Of a stretch of DNA of 64,000 bases, positions 62,045 through 64,000 are shown in pieces; positions within the stretch are counted from its first letter, which is position 1; each line of letters opens with the position of its first letter. This stretch comes from Octopus sinensis. Lineage: Eukaryota. The stretch spans positions 55,118,001 through 55,182,000 of the forward strand of contig NC_043006.1 in NCBI RefSeq assembly GCF_006345805.1, read 5' to 3'. The notes under the pieces are model-generated. The model was given only the letters and a program-made list of their open reading frames with translations. It was not told the origin of the DNA and ran no database searches. The translations under genes and the position numbers were made by a program.

Positions 62045-62760
62045 ACGAAACATCTTTGAGCTCGGTGACGTCATTAAATGATTAACTGGCACCGAAATTT
62101 CGCTGGAATTTCAAAAGTGTTTATTGAAAGTTACCAGCATGTTGCGGAAAAATATCCTCGTTTCGAACAGATATTTCCCCAGCCGCCTATTGTAGCCTTT
62201 AGACGGAATAAAAATATGAGAACTATTGACCTCTATTTCTGACTCCAAGAAAACTAACATTGGAATATCTGTACCCTGTACCTTGAGAAACAGCCGCAAT
62301 AGAGGTAAGCCCTGTTCATTGTACCGCAACACGAGTCAAGTGAATTCCACCAGGAATCATAAGAGAAATGTTATGATTTATACAGAAGGTGGGACATGTA
62401 GAGATTCCCATTTTCTGTAGGCAGCAGAATGCATGAAACACAACTTAATTTCTCTTGGTTATACAACAGAAAATTAAACAAAAGGTTTAATAGGCAAATA
62501 TATGACAAGATTTAATGGGTACAATAACAGTAGTTCGACGGAACTTGACCAACATTTTGCTTCAAATGGCTGCAATTTTGAGAAAGACTTGAAATTGCAT
62601 ATTCTCAGAAAATATTCTGAATCTGCCACACTTTCAATATTCAAAATGCATGACGAGAAATATTTTTGGTGGTTATTAGCATCACGCCCTGGAGGAATGA
62701 AGAAAATGATTGGAGAATTTCATCAAATTTACACTAAACACTTGATTAAATATTCTTCTT
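62045..62760 (+). mobile_element. Penelope-like GIY-YIG remnant
   Basis: IFPQPPIVAFRRNKN, GGTCRDSHFL*AAECMKHNLISLGYTT, LNKRFN and ELDQHFASNGC. Confidence 0.75.
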
Positions 62761-62786
62761 TTTCCTACTCTTTTTTCTTTCCTGCT

Positions 62787-62838
<52 letters not shown>

Positions 62839-63399
62839 ACTGACTCCGCGTTCTGGTTGGCCTGTTTTGTTCAATGGTGAGTGATTGAACTAACTCATAT
62901 CCGTGCCAGTCAACTAAGAAACTGGCTCAGCGGATTGGACGCTTTCATGATACCATTGCCTGTCACTTTCACTCGATGGGCAATTCAGCTGAAACGACTC
63001 AAACGGAGAAACGGCGTGCTTCTTCAACACGACAACGCTCGCTCCGTGGCTCTAATTTGACAAAAATGTTATTAAAGAGCTCGGTTGGGAACTTCTAATG
63101 CACTCGCCATTTTCTCCTGATACAGCGCATTCAGATTATCACCTTTGTTTTTGTCATTCTCTAACAGTTTGCGAGGCGTTTTGTTTAACAACGCCGTGGA
63201 GCTGAAAACGTGGTTCAAGAATTCTCTGAGTTAAAATCTAGTGAGAAACTAGTGAAACTTTGCCTCATACACGACGGTCTCTGTGTTACATTGACCATTT
63301 AGTGAGCATTAGACGTTACCTCTGGATGAGCAGGACAAGCATCTAAAGATTATCGTATGCATGCAAATTTTAACATTAAGGGAGAACGGGCGTGTGGAC

Positions 63400-64000
63400 C
63401 ATATAACTTTACGGTGACGTTTTCTCCTGATCGGACATATGACTAATGCTGTCTTTGAAACCACTAGCAGTTAGGGCCTTGTCATTAAAGTAAAGAACCG
63501 CCGCGTACATTTCCATATTGAAAGATAGGTTGGAGATCCTTCTGTTAATATTATTCGCTAGGTTTTTGCAGCTTCTTGTTTGGTTTCCCGAAGAACTCAT
63601 GGAAATTTTGTGTCTAGGTCCAACTACACTTCGAAAAAATTAACTACTCCCAAGTTTGTCTATGTTGTAACATTGAGCTCGAGGGAATAAAGGACACGAG
63701 TTAGGTTCTTCCCGAACCTATCGAGTGTGGCCATTCATCCCTCTCGAAAATTCCACGGAATCTATGTCTCTATCGCATTTAGAAAAGTCAAGTACTTGAA
63801 ACAATAAGTTCCTCGATAGAGATGGATAAAAATGCACGATACTACTGCCTCTACACCTGTTGTTTTTAAACCATGAGCCAACCTCATTACTGTTGCGCCA
63901 TAGGTAAGAGATAGAAGCTCTTCTTATATCATTGTTGATTTTTTTGAGATACCCGACTTCGCTGGTTTAATTAGTCGACATTAGGGGTTCGGAGAAAGTT
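63400..64000 (-). mobile_element. Penelope-like RT remnant (same type as 50530-53910)
   Basis: CRLIKPAKS near the window end; NLANNINRRISNLSFN..KALTASGFKD thumb-like segment. Confidence 0.6.

Overview
AT-rich, repeat-dense animal genomic DNA. The SINE, RTE and microsatellite complement looks like an octopus or other coleoid cephalopod (inference). The only confidently supported host gene is the 3' part of proteasome subunit beta type-2 (PSMB2), on the + strand: four exons at 2885-2955, 7422-7584, 32267-32316 and 34030-34137, with a 24.7-kb intron. Its 5' exons lie outside the window. The rest is mostly transposons: mariner, Tc1, several hAT elements, piggyBac-, pogo- and Merlin/MULE-like MITEs, Helitron-like elements, RTE and Tx1-like LINEs, tRNA-derived SINEs, and at least five Penelope-like (PLE) elements or remnants, one with a 738-aa RT/GIY-YIG ORF. 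The most notable hidden structure is a set of about 9 complete-architecture (plus several partial) type I hammerhead ribozyme motifs in PLE-derived repeats. Most have palindromic stem III, and many have long stem II. One has an apparent compensatory G3-C8 core swap and one family has a U4C core. Several sit in long inverted repeats. Also noted: an exon-structured but frame-disrupted antisense unit inside the large PSMB2 intron, and an apparent step in CpG decay near 41-42 kb. All calls were made by eye; no database searches or folding programs were run.
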